Assembly (NCBI GenBank): GCA_963772005.1
Contig: CAVYVS010000021.1
Location: 52,121 to 116,120, forward strand
Source: an uncultured Nitrososphaerota archaeon
GTDB lineage: Archaea; Thermoproteota; Nitrososphaeria; Conexivisphaerales; DTJL01
Direction of reading: 5' to 3'
DNA: 64,000 nt
Shown: piece after piece, positions 30,733 to 39,902 of the stretch
Layout: each line of letters opens with the position of its first letter
How positions within the stretch are numbered: position 1 is the first letter of the stretch
Position numbers and translations under genes: made by a program
Notes under the pieces: generated by a model
Database searches by the model: none
What the model was told of the DNA's origin: nothing
What the model saw: only the letters and a program-made list of their open reading frames with translations

Positions 30733-30867
30733 CCGCACGTGCTTCGGGGCCAGCCGGGTCCAAGCTGGAATAGATATTAGTCACACCTGCCTACCACTGT
30801 CCGAAATCGCGGTGAAGCCTGGCTGACAGAAACACATCACCAAGTCTTCTTCAAAGACTCACGTGAC

Positions 30868-31710
30868 ATGGGGCGTTTGAGTGATTCCTCAGTCCAGCTC
30901 GTGGTCACATCCCCGCCCTATCCGATGATTGAAATGTGGGATGCGTTGTTCAAGCGGATGAACACTCGAATAGCCGAGCTCTTAGACGACGTCGTTTTGT
31001 CTGATGGAAACAACGGCACTCAAGCTCTGGCCGCGTACGAACTCATGCACAGACAGTTGGCGCAGGTATGGCAGGAATGCCACCGCGTACTGACCGAAGG
31101 AGGCATAGCCTGCATAAACATAGGAGACGCCACCAGGACGATAGGTGGCAGTTTCAGGCTCTACCCCAACCACGCGAAGGTCATTGAGCACTGCGAAAGA
31201 ATCGGGTTTGTTACTCTTCCATTCATCATGTGGAAGAAACCCACGAACAAGCCGAACGCCTTCCTAGGTTCGGGCTTCCTTCCGACGAATGGCTACGTGA
31301 CCCAGGACTTTGAATACATACTGGTCTTCAGGAAAGGAAACCTGCGAAGGTTTCCGCCCAAGGACGCTCTGCGGTACTCAAGCTCGTTCACCAAAGCACA
31401 GCGAGATGTCTGGTTCAGTCAGGCTTGGTCCGTCCATGGAGCCGTCCAAGCTCTTGGCAAGTCGCAGCGACGAAGCGCGGCCTTTCCAGAAGAAATCCCT
31501 CGCCGGTTGATAAGAATGTTCTCACTGATAGGCGACACCGTATTAGATCCCTTCCTGGGGACCGGTACTACAACGAAGGTAGCCGGCGAGCTCTCCCGTC
31601 ACTCCGTTGGCTTTGAATTCGACGACACCCTTAGGGCATCTATTCGTGAAAAGCTCGGCCGGCCGGTGCTTGACCTAGCTGACCGCCTAGAGTTCACTAA
31701 AGTCTCATGA
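30868..31710 (+). CDS. Beta-class DNA methyltransferase, SPPY type (N4-cytosine or N6-adenine)
   Basis: 280 aa with motif IV VVTSPPY near the N-terminus and motif I DPFLGTGTT near the C-terminus. Family-like sequence (HQVFFKDSRD) continues upstream of the ATG to 30781 with no canonical start, so the 5' end is uncertain. Confidence 0.8.
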   Translation: MGRLSDSSVQLVVTSPPYPMIEMWDALFKRMNTRIAELLDDVVLSDGNNGTQALAAYELMHRQLAQVWQECHRVLTEGGIACINIGDATRTIGGSFRLYPNHAKVIEHCERIGFVTLPFIMWKKPTNKPNAFLGSGFLPTNGYVTQDFEYILVFRKGNLRRFPPKDALRYSSSFTKAQRDVWFSQAWSVHGAVQALGKSQRRSAAFPEEIPRRLIRMFSLIGDTVLDPFLGTGTTTKVAGELSRHSVGFEFDDTLRASIREKLGRPVLDLADRLEFTKVS

Positions 31711-32132
31711 AAGCCGATAGAGGATCCACGACGGTCTAGCTGAGAGAACCTAGGTGCGTCTGTGACATCTCTCTGGATCCTTTCCTTGAGCCGCATCATT
31801 GCTTCGAAGCGATAGTTCACTCTTCCTACCCTGTCTCGCTCCTCCAGCAGGAGGCTACGGTAGTATCCTGCCCCCAACAGATGCAAGATCCTGATGAGGA
31901 CCGTGAGACGATCCTTCAATTGGTCGTCGCCGTCGGCTTGGCCCTCCACGACTTCTAGGGCCTTCTTCAAGTCCTGCACGTCTAGTATCTCCATCTGACC
32001 AAAATCGCCGAAATTCGATTTCAAGAATTCGAGTAAAACCTGTCCTGCACCATCTGCCAAGTCGGAATCGTTTATCCCGTCCAGCAGAGATGCGTGGCCC
32101 GAATCGACTGTCCTCACGGCTTGCACATACAT
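31599..32132 (-). CDS. Hypothetical acidic protein
   Basis: 177 aa ORF convergent with the methyltransferase, overlapping its 3' end by 112 nt. I recognise no family, and the 3' end is doubtful. Confidence 0.3.
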   Translation of the reverse strand: MYVQAVRTVDSGHASLLDGINDSDLADGAGQVLLEFLKSNFGDFGQMEILDVQDLKKALEVVEGQADGDDQLKDRLTVLIRILHLLGAGYYRSLLLEERDRVGRVNYRFEAMMRLKERIQRDVTDAPRFSQLDRRGSSIGFHETLVNSRRSARSSTGRPSFSRIDALRVSSNSKPTE

Positions 32133-32275
32133 CCAACGGCGAACCTGATTTAAGGAGCCACGTCGTTAGCGAAACAACTACCAATGGCCGGAGCCTTGAC
32201 TCCCGTTCGACCCGTCCAACCATGGGGAAGCCCGCGCAAACGTTGAAGACCATCTTCCAACCCAGCTTCGTTGAC

Positions 32276-32691
32276 ATGAAGGCATACCTGTATGGAATGC
32301 GAGTCACCTGGGTGGAGACCGACGCGGCGTAGGTCGCCCATTTCTCGAACTACTTCAGATACTTCGAACGCTCCGAGCAGGAACTCTATAACTACGGGGA
32401 GATCGACCCCTTTGGAATAGGGGCAATCTGAAGATGTGGCTGTCTCGAGTCGAAGCCAGTTGCAGACACACATCTCCGTGCAGACTGAACGATGAAATAG
32501 AGATAGAATTGACGGCATCAACAATTGGCGCCAAGTCGATCAGGTATGAATTCGGAGTAAGGAATTTCACAACGGTAATGGACGCTGCCAAAGGATACGT
32601 AGTCGCGGTATCAGCGGTCATTTCCGAGGCACAGGCAATCGCCATGCCAGAGGAGCTCTCCTCCGGTCTGAAGAAGTACTTTGGCCCTTAG
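32276..32691 (+). pseudogene. Hotdog-fold acyl-CoA thioesterase (YbgC/4HBT-like) with in-frame TAG and one frame break
   Basis: It reads MKAYLYGMRVTWVETDAA, then TAG (32330-32332), then VAHFSNYFRYFERSEQELYNYGEIDPFGIG. The frame changes near the GGGG run at 32420-32423. It then reads NLKMWLSRVEASCRHTSPCRLNDEIEIELTASTIGAKSIRYEF... Length 416 nt = 3n+2. Confidence 0.6.
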
Positions 32692-32756
32692 ACAGGCTTG
32701 CGACACTACTATTATTATCGGGAGTTCGCCTATCAGGGGACGTCGGCGGGACCTCA

Positions 32757-33185
32757 ATGCAGGATGTCCTCATTGACAGAGATCATTTCGTAAAATCGGT
32801 TTCGGACAAGATATCCAAGACGGCGGCGGAACTTGCTTCTGCGGAAATGGCCCCTCTGGACTTCCATAACACACTGCAGAGGAAGGTCGCGGAACTAGCG
32901 GCAGAGTTTGGGTTCAGGGGTGTCAGGGAGTATCCCGTCTACAGCCCTGGCGACGGAGTGGAGGGTCTTGCCGATGTCGCATGGCTGGCCAAGCAGCGGC
33001 TAGCGTCCGTCTTCGAGATAGATTCCGCCCCGAAGGCCAAGTCGGTGATGAAGCTCGTGGTCCTGGACTCGCCTTTTCGTTTCTGGATTTACTACGGTCA
33101 CCAACACTATCTTTCGATGGTTAGGTCCGTGGACAGGAGCGGCTCAGTAGAAGTGATTCGGCTCAAAAACGTGTACTTCGAGTGA
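32757..33185 (+). CDS. Hypothetical protein, possible PD-(D/E)xK-like nuclease fold
   Basis: 142 aa. The spacing REYPV...GLADVAWL...SVFEIDSAPKAK resembles an E...D...ExK-type core. This is pattern only. Confidence 0.35.
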   Translation: MQDVLIDRDHFVKSVSDKISKTAAELASAEMAPLDFHNTLQRKVAELAAEFGFRGVREYPVYSPGDGVEGLADVAWLAKQRLASVFEIDSAPKAKSVMKLVVLDSPFRFWIYYGHQHYLSMVRSVDRSGSVEVIRLKNVYFE

Positions 33186-33235
33186 CCGTTACGACGGAGA
33201 AGAGTTATCTGCCTCCAGGCCCTCCTCGCATATAG

Positions 33236-33586
33236 TTGAATGGCCTCGAGACGCAGACAAAAGCCCGCATCGTCCATCTCATACTATCCAAAGAGACAGA
33301 AGTCGCGCTCGAGCAGCTGAGCTCGCTGAACCACATAGATGTGCCCGGGCTCAAGGTAGGAGCCGTCAGGGGGAGGAAGAAGGCCCTGGCGGTGTATGTG
33401 GAGAAGGAGAAGACGATCTACGTCGCCAAGGGGGATAACCTGTGGGACCCGTTCATCATCCTCCATGAGTTCTACCACCATCTGCGATGCAGGAGCGGCA
33501 AGCACAGAGGGACAGAAAAGCTGGCCGACGCCTACGCCGTGGATTTCATCAACGCGTACAAGCTTGCTGCCTCCAGAGTTTCGTGA
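33236..33586 (+). CDS. Hypothetical small HExxH protein (putative Zn-metallopeptidase-like)
   Basis: 116 aa, TTG start, with the motif ILHEFYHHL. Confidence 0.35.
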   Translation: MNGLETQTKARIVHLILSKETEVALEQLSSLNHIDVPGLKVGAVRGRKKALAVYVEKEKTIYVAKGDNLWDPFIILHEFYHHLRCRSGKHRGTEKLADAYAVDFINAYKLAASRVS

Positions 33587-33669
33587 ACGCATCTTGCATT
33601 TGACTGCAGCCTCTTCCTTCCTGTTCTTCAGCTAGGTTAAAACGCCCGAGGAGAATGCGCGAATTTCGT

Positions 33670-34498
33670 ATGAGTGTAGCGGGGAAGCTCAGGGTAGGTT
33701 GCAGCGGCTGGGCCTATCAGGACTGGGTCGGTCCCTTCTATCCGAAGGAGGCCCCGCTCCAAGGATTACCTAAGGCTCTACTCTTCCGTGTTCGACACCG
33801 TAGAGATTGATTCAAGCTTCTATCGGATGCCAAACCACTTCATGATTAATCTCTGGAAGAACTCTACGCCGGACGGTTTCATCTTCTCAGCCAAGGTCCC
33901 GAAGAAGATAACTCATGACGCCAAGCTCAGAGACTCCACCGAAATCATGGCCCGATTCTACAGCGTGATGGGAGGACTTGGAAGCAGGCTAGGGCCGCTC
34001 ATCGTCCAGCTTCCACCTTCCTTCAAATACGAAAAGGACTTGGACGCTTTGCGGCTGTTTGTGTCCGAGCTCGACGTCAAGTTCAAACACGCTATCGAGT
34101 TTAGGCACAAGTCGTGGTTCAGGCAGGACGTGTACGACCTCCTGAGGGCGAAGAACGTGGCCTTCTGCTGGGCCATTTCTCAGTATGTCGAAACGCCGAG
34201 GGTGAAGACGGCCGATTTCTTATACGCTAGGATGGTGGGCGACAGAAGCATCACGAGCTTCGGCGGCATCCAGAAGGACAAGACCGCCCAGGTGGTCCGG
34301 ATGAAAGATGATCTGCAGAAGTCGATTGACGACGTCGACAAAGCCTTCCTGTTCTTCAACAATCACTTTGCCGGCTTCAGCCCAGAGTCGGTCAACGAGT
34401 TCAGAAGGCTTTCTGGCCTAATGGAGATGGACTGGAAGGGACTCGCGGGCCTAGGAGTCAGCAACGAAGTCTCTCAGAGAAGCCTGACCGACTTCTGA
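33670..34498 (+). pseudogene. DUF72 (UPF0759) family protein, one frame break
   Basis: It starts at ATG 33670 (MSVAGKLRVGCSGWAYQDWVGPFYPKEAP). It continues in ORF 33788..34498 and its upstream extension (SKDYLRLYSSVFDTVEIDSSFY...). The join is near 33757. Length 829 nt = 3n+1. Confidence 0.75.
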
Positions 34499-34542
34499 TG
34501 GGAGGGTGAACCATTACGGCCAGTCCACTACCCAGGATAATA

Positions 34543-35610
34543 ATGCATCTGGACCTTGACGCCTTCTACCCATCGGTCGAAATCAAGCGCAAGCCCGAAC
34601 TCAAGGGGCTCCCGGTGATCGTAGGCGCTGACCCGAAAGAAGGGAAGGGGCGCGGGGTCGTGCTCTCCTGCTCTTACGAAGCTCGACGGTACGGCGTTCA
34701 TTCGGGCCAGCCTATTTCCAAGGCGTTCAGGCAATGCCCCCAGGCCATCTTCCTGCGCCCGGACTTCCATTCGTATGGAACGACCTCCGCAAGGGTGATG
34801 AAGTTACTCAAGGACAAATGCGGCAAGTTCGAACAGACGAGCATCGATGAAGCCTTCATGGATGTGACCGCCGATGTGAAGGACGATGAGGAAGCACGAA
34901 TCCTCGCCACTCGAATCAAAGAAGAAGTCCTGAGGGTCGAAGGTCTGACATGTTCGGTAGGCATCGCGCGCAACAAGTCGACCGCTAAGATTGCATCCGA
35001 TTTGGAAAAACCTGACGGTCTGGTCGTGGTGGACCCAAATCGGGTCGAGGAGTTCTTGGCCCCTCTCCCCGTATCTGCCATTACCGGGGTCGGAGAGAAG
35101 ACCCGCCGATTCCTGAAGGGGAGGGGCATAGAGACCATCGGTCAGCTCCAGGCGATCCCAGGGAGAGAGTTGGTGGAGTACTTCGGAAAGGGAGGCGTTT
35201 GGCTCTGGGGCGTCGCCCATGGCCTGGAAGAGGTCGAGGTATTCGACAACAGGACGGTCAAGTCACTTTCGGTAGAGCACACCTTCGAAGAAGACATATC
35301 GGACAGACGCGTGCTCGTCGAGACCCTACGGGAACTGGCCGCTGAGCTCCACAAGAGGACGGAGATGGGGAACTTCGAGTTCAAGACGGTGGGGATCAAG
35401 ATACGCTTCGAACACTTTCAGACATTTACCAGGGAGAAGACAATGAATACCCATGAGTTTGGCGAAAAAGTCATCCTAGACCAATCCATCGCCCTCATCG
35501 ACGAATTCAAGCATGACGTAAGGAAGGTCAGGCTTTTGGGGCTACGGGTGTCACAACTCCGGAAGGCCGAGCAAAAAGGGTCGGGGCTCGAAGCCTGGAT
35601 GAGTATCTGA
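34543..35610 (+). CDS. dinB: Y-family DNA polymerase IV (Dpo4/DinB)
   Basis: 355 aa with HLDLDAFYPSVE and SIDEAFMDVT. The family-typical RII precedes the ATG, so GTG 34507 is a possible earlier start. Confidence 0.9.
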   Translation: MHLDLDAFYPSVEIKRKPELKGLPVIVGADPKEGKGRGVVLSCSYEARRYGVHSGQPISKAFRQCPQAIFLRPDFHSYGTTSARVMKLLKDKCGKFEQTSIDEAFMDVTADVKDDEEARILATRIKEEVLRVEGLTCSVGIARNKSTAKIASDLEKPDGLVVVDPNRVEEFLAPLPVSAITGVGEKTRRFLKGRGIETIGQLQAIPGRELVEYFGKGGVWLWGVAHGLEEVEVFDNRTVKSLSVEHTFEEDISDRRVLVETLRELAAELHKRTEMGNFEFKTVGIKIRFEHFQTFTREKTMNTHEFGEKVILDQSIALIDEFKHDVRKVRLLGLRVSQLRKAEQKGSGLEAWMSI

Positions 35611-35617
35611 GTCGGAC

Positions 35618-36466
35618 TCATCCATTCACTGCTGCCAAGGCGGAGGCTTCCTCGGCGTCTAGCCGCCATCCCGCTGCCCCGGCATCCTCGATGACATGTT
35701 CGACCTGCGAGGCTCTAGGAATGGGCATCACATTGTCGCCGCTCGCCAGCAGCCAATTCAGTGCCACCTGAGCGGGGGTCTTCCCCCCATGCTTCTTCGA
35801 AATCTCGTCAACCAACAGCTTTAGGCTGCCCTTCGGTTCGGATAACGCTCCATGGGCCACAGGGCGGTATGCAATGACAGCGATGTTGTTCTTCTTGCAA
35901 AAGGGCAGCACTTCTGCTTCGATTCCGCGTACTGTCAAGCTATACTCGACTTGGTTCGACGCAAGTTCATGCTTGGACATAGCATCTTGAGCTTCTTTCA
36001 TTTGCGCGACTGAGAAGTTGCTCACACCGATTTGTCTGACCTTTCCGTCGTTCACCAACTTCTCCATCGCCTTCATCGTTTCACCAATCGGGATCCTGCC
36101 ATTGGGCCAGTGAATCTGGTAGAGGTCGACGTACGCGACCTTGAGTTTCGCCATACTATTGGCGGCCGACCTGAGAACGTCATCGTAGTGAAGATGAGAG
36201 GGCCATACTTTAGTGGCAACGAAGAGTTCGTCCCGTTTGAACCCCTGTATGGCCTCGGCCACAATTCCTTCGGTCTCATAGGCCTCCGCCGTGTCTATGA
36301 GGTTCATTCCCAGTTCGATCCCCTTCTTCAAGGCAGAAACCTTGTCGGTCGAAGCTCGCGGACGGTCCGCCGTTTCAGAGAAGAACGTGGTGAGCGTTCC
36401 ATAATACGTTCCCATCCCAACGGCGGACACCCTGTAGCCCGTTTTGGCGAATGCCCGATACTCCAT
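35618..36466 (-). CDS. Aldo/keto reductase
   Basis: 282 aa with IDTAEAYE and DLYQIHWP. A TTTATCAT element lies about 30 nt upstream on the minus strand. Confidence 0.9.
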   Translation of the reverse strand: MEYRAFAKTGYRVSAVGMGTYYGTLTTFFSETADRPRASTDKVSALKKGIELGMNLIDTAEAYETEGIVAEAIQGFKRDELFVATKVWPSHLHYDDVLRSAANSMAKLKVAYVDLYQIHWPNGRIPIGETMKAMEKLVNDGKVRQIGVSNFSVAQMKEAQDAMSKHELASNQVEYSLTVRGIEAEVLPFCKKNNIAVIAYRPVAHGALSEPKGSLKLLVDEISKKHGGKTPAQVALNWLLASGDNVMPIPRASQVEHVIEDAGAAGWRLDAEEASALAAVNG

Positions 36467-36759
36467 CGAATTCGTGTTCGACTCAGTCCTATGATAAACC
36501 AGACGGCCCTTCCCGTCGCTTCGGGATTATTGCAGGTAGCTTATATCGACGGAGACATCTGTTCGCGAGTCGGGGGGCGCAGTCCGAAGCCCTCAGTCGA
36601 CCCCCGACGCGGAAGCCCTTTTTACCGTCCTTGACGGGGGCAAGATTTCGGGGGACTGTGACTGTATTTCCGACGTTCCACCCACCCCCCAAACAGAGGC
36701 ACCTAGCCGTCGCAGTTCCACAAGAAACCTAGTTCGCGGGATGGTTCAGGACCCAGCGT

Positions 36760-37809
36760 TCATCTTTCCAAGGATATTTCTTGGACGCATTGGAGCGTCC
36801 TCTCTATATCGGCCCTTCCTATTCCCCGGTGGGTCACCATCCTGACCCTGAAGGCATCAACGGTCCCACATAGGACGCCCTTGTCCTTCAGCCGTCCTAG
36901 GAACTGATCGGCCGTCATCCCCAGCCCTCGGACCCCAAATGCTACCATGTTCGTCTGGACCGCATCCAAGTCCACCTCGATGCCATCCAGCCTGGTCAAC
37001 CCGGTCGCAAGAACTTTGGCGTTCTCATGGTCTTCGGCGAGCCTCCCTATCATCTTCTCTAGGGCTATTATACCCGGGGCGGCGATTATTCCAGCCTGCC
37101 TCATTCCCCCTCCCAACATCTTCCGGTACTTCCTTGCCCGATTCACGAACTCAATGTCTCCTACTACTAGCGACCCCACTGGGCAGCTCAAGCCCTTGGA
37201 CAAACAGAACATGAGGTTATCGACGTTCTTGGTGAACTCCTTTGCGTCTACTCCCATCGCTACGGACGCGTTGAACACCCTTGCTCCGTCCATGTAGAGC
37301 TTGAGCCCATGCGCGTGGACCACGTCGGCGATGACCCGAATCTGTGAAGGGTTGATGACAGTCCCCCCTGCTCTGTTATGGGTATCCTCAATACACACGA
37401 CGGTGGCATCGGGAAAGTGGATGTTCTTCGGCCTGATGGCCGCTTCGATATCCACAGGATCGAGTGCCCCTTTGAACCCCTTAATCGGCCAGGGGAGGAC
37501 ACCCGCCACGGTCGAGATGCCACCTACTTCATACCAGTAGATATGTGACTCTGCTTCGAGGATAACCGAATCGCCACGTTTCGTATTGCTCATGGTGGAG
37601 ACGAGATTGGCTTGGGTACCGCTGGTCACAAGCAAGGCGGCCTCCTTTCCCATCTTCTCGGCCGCCATCTCCTCCAGCTTTTGGACAGTTCGATCTTCCC
37701 CATACACATCGTCGCCCAGTTTCGCGGTTCTGATTGCTTCGAGCATCTCATCCGTTGGAAGAGTGACCGTGTCGCTCCTAAGATCAACCGACACCCCAGC
37801 GAAAGTCAT
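36760..37809 (-). CDS. ltaE: Low-specificity L-threonine aldolase
   Basis: 349 aa with DLRSDTVTLPT, GDDVYGED, SGTQANL and the PLP lysine in CLSKGL. Confidence 0.85.
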   Translation of the reverse strand: MTFAGVSVDLRSDTVTLPTDEMLEAIRTAKLGDDVYGEDRTVQKLEEMAAEKMGKEAALLVTSGTQANLVSTMSNTKRGDSVILEAESHIYWYEVGGISTVAGVLPWPIKGFKGALDPVDIEAAIRPKNIHFPDATVVCIEDTHNRAGGTVINPSQIRVIADVVHAHGLKLYMDGARVFNASVAMGVDAKEFTKNVDNLMFCLSKGLSCPVGSLVVGDIEFVNRARKYRKMLGGGMRQAGIIAAPGIIALEKMIGRLAEDHENAKVLATGLTRLDGIEVDLDAVQTNMVAFGVRGLGMTADQFLGRLKDKGVLCGTVDAFRVRMVTHRGIGRADIERTLQCVQEISLER

Positions 37810-37965
37810 ATCTTTCTCTCCGGATGACTCAGCAGGCTCGCTGGACCTTATATGAGCTTTTCACACCCGTGGCCTCGGGTACGGCAAAGGCCCAAGTTGC
37901 AAGAGGTTGAGATCGATCAGCACGCTCTATCCACCATCACGTTGCGGAGCCCAGGGCTGTTCGCC

Positions 37966-38625
37966 CTATGTGATGACGACTCTGTACCTCTGTCTCAGAT
38001 ACAGCGCGAAAGCGATGCCGACGGTTAGACCAGCTATGTGGGCACCGTTGGCGATGTCTGAAGGAGTGAACAGACCGATGAAATCCAGCACGGCATAGAG
38101 CGCCGCGAAGACCACCATGGGCATGGGCACTATGAAGTACACATAAACCATCGTCATCGGGGTTAGAACCGCGAGCATCCCGATTATGCCATAGATTGCC
38201 CCCGATGCACCTATGGCGGGGGTCGTTGAACTCGGCGCCGTCAGCATATAGCCGAAGTTGCCCACGATTCCGGCGATGAAGAATACCAAGAGGAACAGCC
38301 TCGGGCCCACCATCCTCTCGAGGTACGTGCCGAAGAAGAACAAAGCAATCATATTGAACAGGATATGGTCGATGCTGGCGTGGAGGAATATCGAAGTGAC
38401 GAACATCCACGGGTATTGAGCTGCGAAAGCCGGAAAGAACGCGAAGTATGCCCAACCACCCCAATTCACCGCCACGTTTTGAAGGATGTACACGAATACG
38501 CAGACGCCTATCAGTACGTAGGTCCATCGGACGCGGTAGGGTTGGAACATCCCACTCTTCCAAATCCTCCTATTTGGTGGTTGAAAAGAATTCCGGGCCC
38601 CCCCTTTGGGCCACAGGATTGCCAA
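37966..38625 (-). CDS. Rhomboid-family intramembrane serine protease
   Basis: 219 aa, multi-TM, with FLHASIDHILFNM and GASGAIYG. Confidence 0.8.
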   Translation of the reverse strand: MAILWPKGGARNSFQPPNRRIWKSGMFQPYRVRWTYVLIGVCVFVYILQNVAVNWGGWAYFAFFPAFAAQYPWMFVTSIFLHASIDHILFNMIALFFFGTYLERMVGPRLFLLVFFIAGIVGNFGYMLTAPSSTTPAIGASGAIYGIIGMLAVLTPMTMVYVYFIVPMPMVVFAALYAVLDFIGLFTPSDIANGAHIAGLTVGIAFALYLRQRYRVVIT

Positions 38626-38780
38626 GAGACCTCAAATGGACTCGTGGATTCGTGGGCAACTCAAAGTCGCCCAAGACTTAAATCCAATGCCTCGCAATTC
38701 AGGTCGCATGTTCACGCCCGAACATCCAGCCCCACGCAGGCTATCGCGCCCTCCTTCGAATTCGATTCTAGATTGCCGAG

Positions 38781-39827
38781 GTGAATAGTAGAATGGCCTC
38801 TGCTTCAACACATTTTCGTCGGTTCGTTCTCATAGTGATAGCGATAGGCGCCGTAGCCTATGTCATAGACTTCGTTTTCGGGGCACTAATCTCCAGTGAA
38901 GCAACCTTCCTTGGGCTACAGTTTTCGACGAGGCAGGTTGTTCAGTCGTCCATCGTCGCCATTGCCGGCATCCTAGTGGTGTTGTTCATCAGGCGATTCA
39001 CAAGACAACTGAGGCATCTGGTTGGCCCGTACCCGGCTTCTGTCTTTTCATATGTGCTCATGGTGCTTGATTTCTTCGTCGTGATAATCTCCGTCCTGGA
39101 GATACTCAATGTCCCGGCCAACTCGCTGTTATTGGGAGGGAGCTTTGGGGCGATAATCGTAGGCCTAGCGGTCTCTACGCTCTTCGGCAACATCTTCTCT
39201 GGTGCGCTGATGCTCTTCGCCAAGCCTGTGGCCGTCGGGGATGAGGTACTCATCAACAGCATGCCGGGCCGAATCGAAGAGATTTCGACCCTGTTCACGA
39301 AGATAGCAAACGAGTCAGGCACCCAAACAATCCTGCCTAATTCGGCGCTGCTTTCAGGCGCTGTGACGCTGACGAAGGTATCGGTCGGCCGGACTTCCAG
39401 TGGGCTTCCCTTCAAACCCGGCGACAAGATCTATACTTCGTATGTGGGTGGGGAGGGAGTGGTCAAGGGGATAGGGTCCTTGTATACCGACGTGACATTG
39501 GTCGGAGGAAGGGATGTAAAGATCCCTAACGTCGGCATATTGAACGGCTCAATCTCAATCGCGCTGCTCAATTCCGCCTCCGGCCCCGAGTTCAAGGTCA
39601 CGCTCAAAGTAAGCTGGGACGTCGAAAAGACGGTCAAGGCGATTCGGGCCGAAGCAACGGCTTACCCAAACGTCTTCAAATCTCCAATACAGGTTCTGTA
39701 CATTGCATTGGATAATGAAGAGGTCGAACTTGAGGTGAGCGGAGAAGTCGATGCTTCGCGAATCCCCGAGGCCCGGAGTCTCATACTGCGAGCGGCCTAC
39801 TTAGCCAAGGGCGGTCCGAACACCTGA
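38781..39827 (+). CDS. MscS-family mechanosensitive channel
   Basis: 348 aa with N-terminal TM helices, then GNIFSGALMLFAKPVAVGDEVLIN..PGRIEEISTLFTKI. The start is GTG 38781 or ATG 38793. Confidence 0.8.
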   Translation: MNSRMASASTHFRRFVLIVIAIGAVAYVIDFVFGALISSEATFLGLQFSTRQVVQSSIVAIAGILVVLFIRRFTRQLRHLVGPYPASVFSYVLMVLDFFVVIISVLEILNVPANSLLLGGSFGAIIVGLAVSTLFGNIFSGALMLFAKPVAVGDEVLINSMPGRIEEISTLFTKIANESGTQTILPNSALLSGAVTLTKVSVGRTSSGLPFKPGDKIYTSYVGGEGVVKGIGSLYTDVTLVGGRDVKIPNVGILNGSISIALLNSASGPEFKVTLKVSWDVEKTVKAIRAEATAYPNVFKSPIQVLYIALDNEEVELEVSGEVDASRIPEARSLILRAAYLAKGGPNT

Positions 39828-39902
39828 GGCCAACGCTCATCTCTTACGATACTTGAGCAGGTCTTCCGAATTCGTTCGAAAGGGCAGTGGAGCCCCTCAG
39901 GT

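Noticed and set aside
32330-32332. In-frame TAG in the thioesterase read as pyrrolysine or another recoding event
   Set aside because: It is a single occurrence in a gene that also has a frameshift. No pyl genes or PYLIS-like context are visible. TAG is used as an ordinary stop by neighbouring genes such as lysY and DUF655.
36032-36634. 200-aa plus-strand ORF across the aldo/keto reductase 5' half and the intergenic gap
   Set aside because: It is antisense to a clearly conserved reductase, Arg/Pro/Gly-rich, and has no family resemblance.
37937-38563. 208-aa minus-strand ORF overlapping the rhomboid gene in another frame
   Set aside because: The 37966..38625 frame carries the rhomboid motifs (HxxxN, GASGAIYG) and TM helices. 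The alternative frame is Arg/His/Pro-rich noise.
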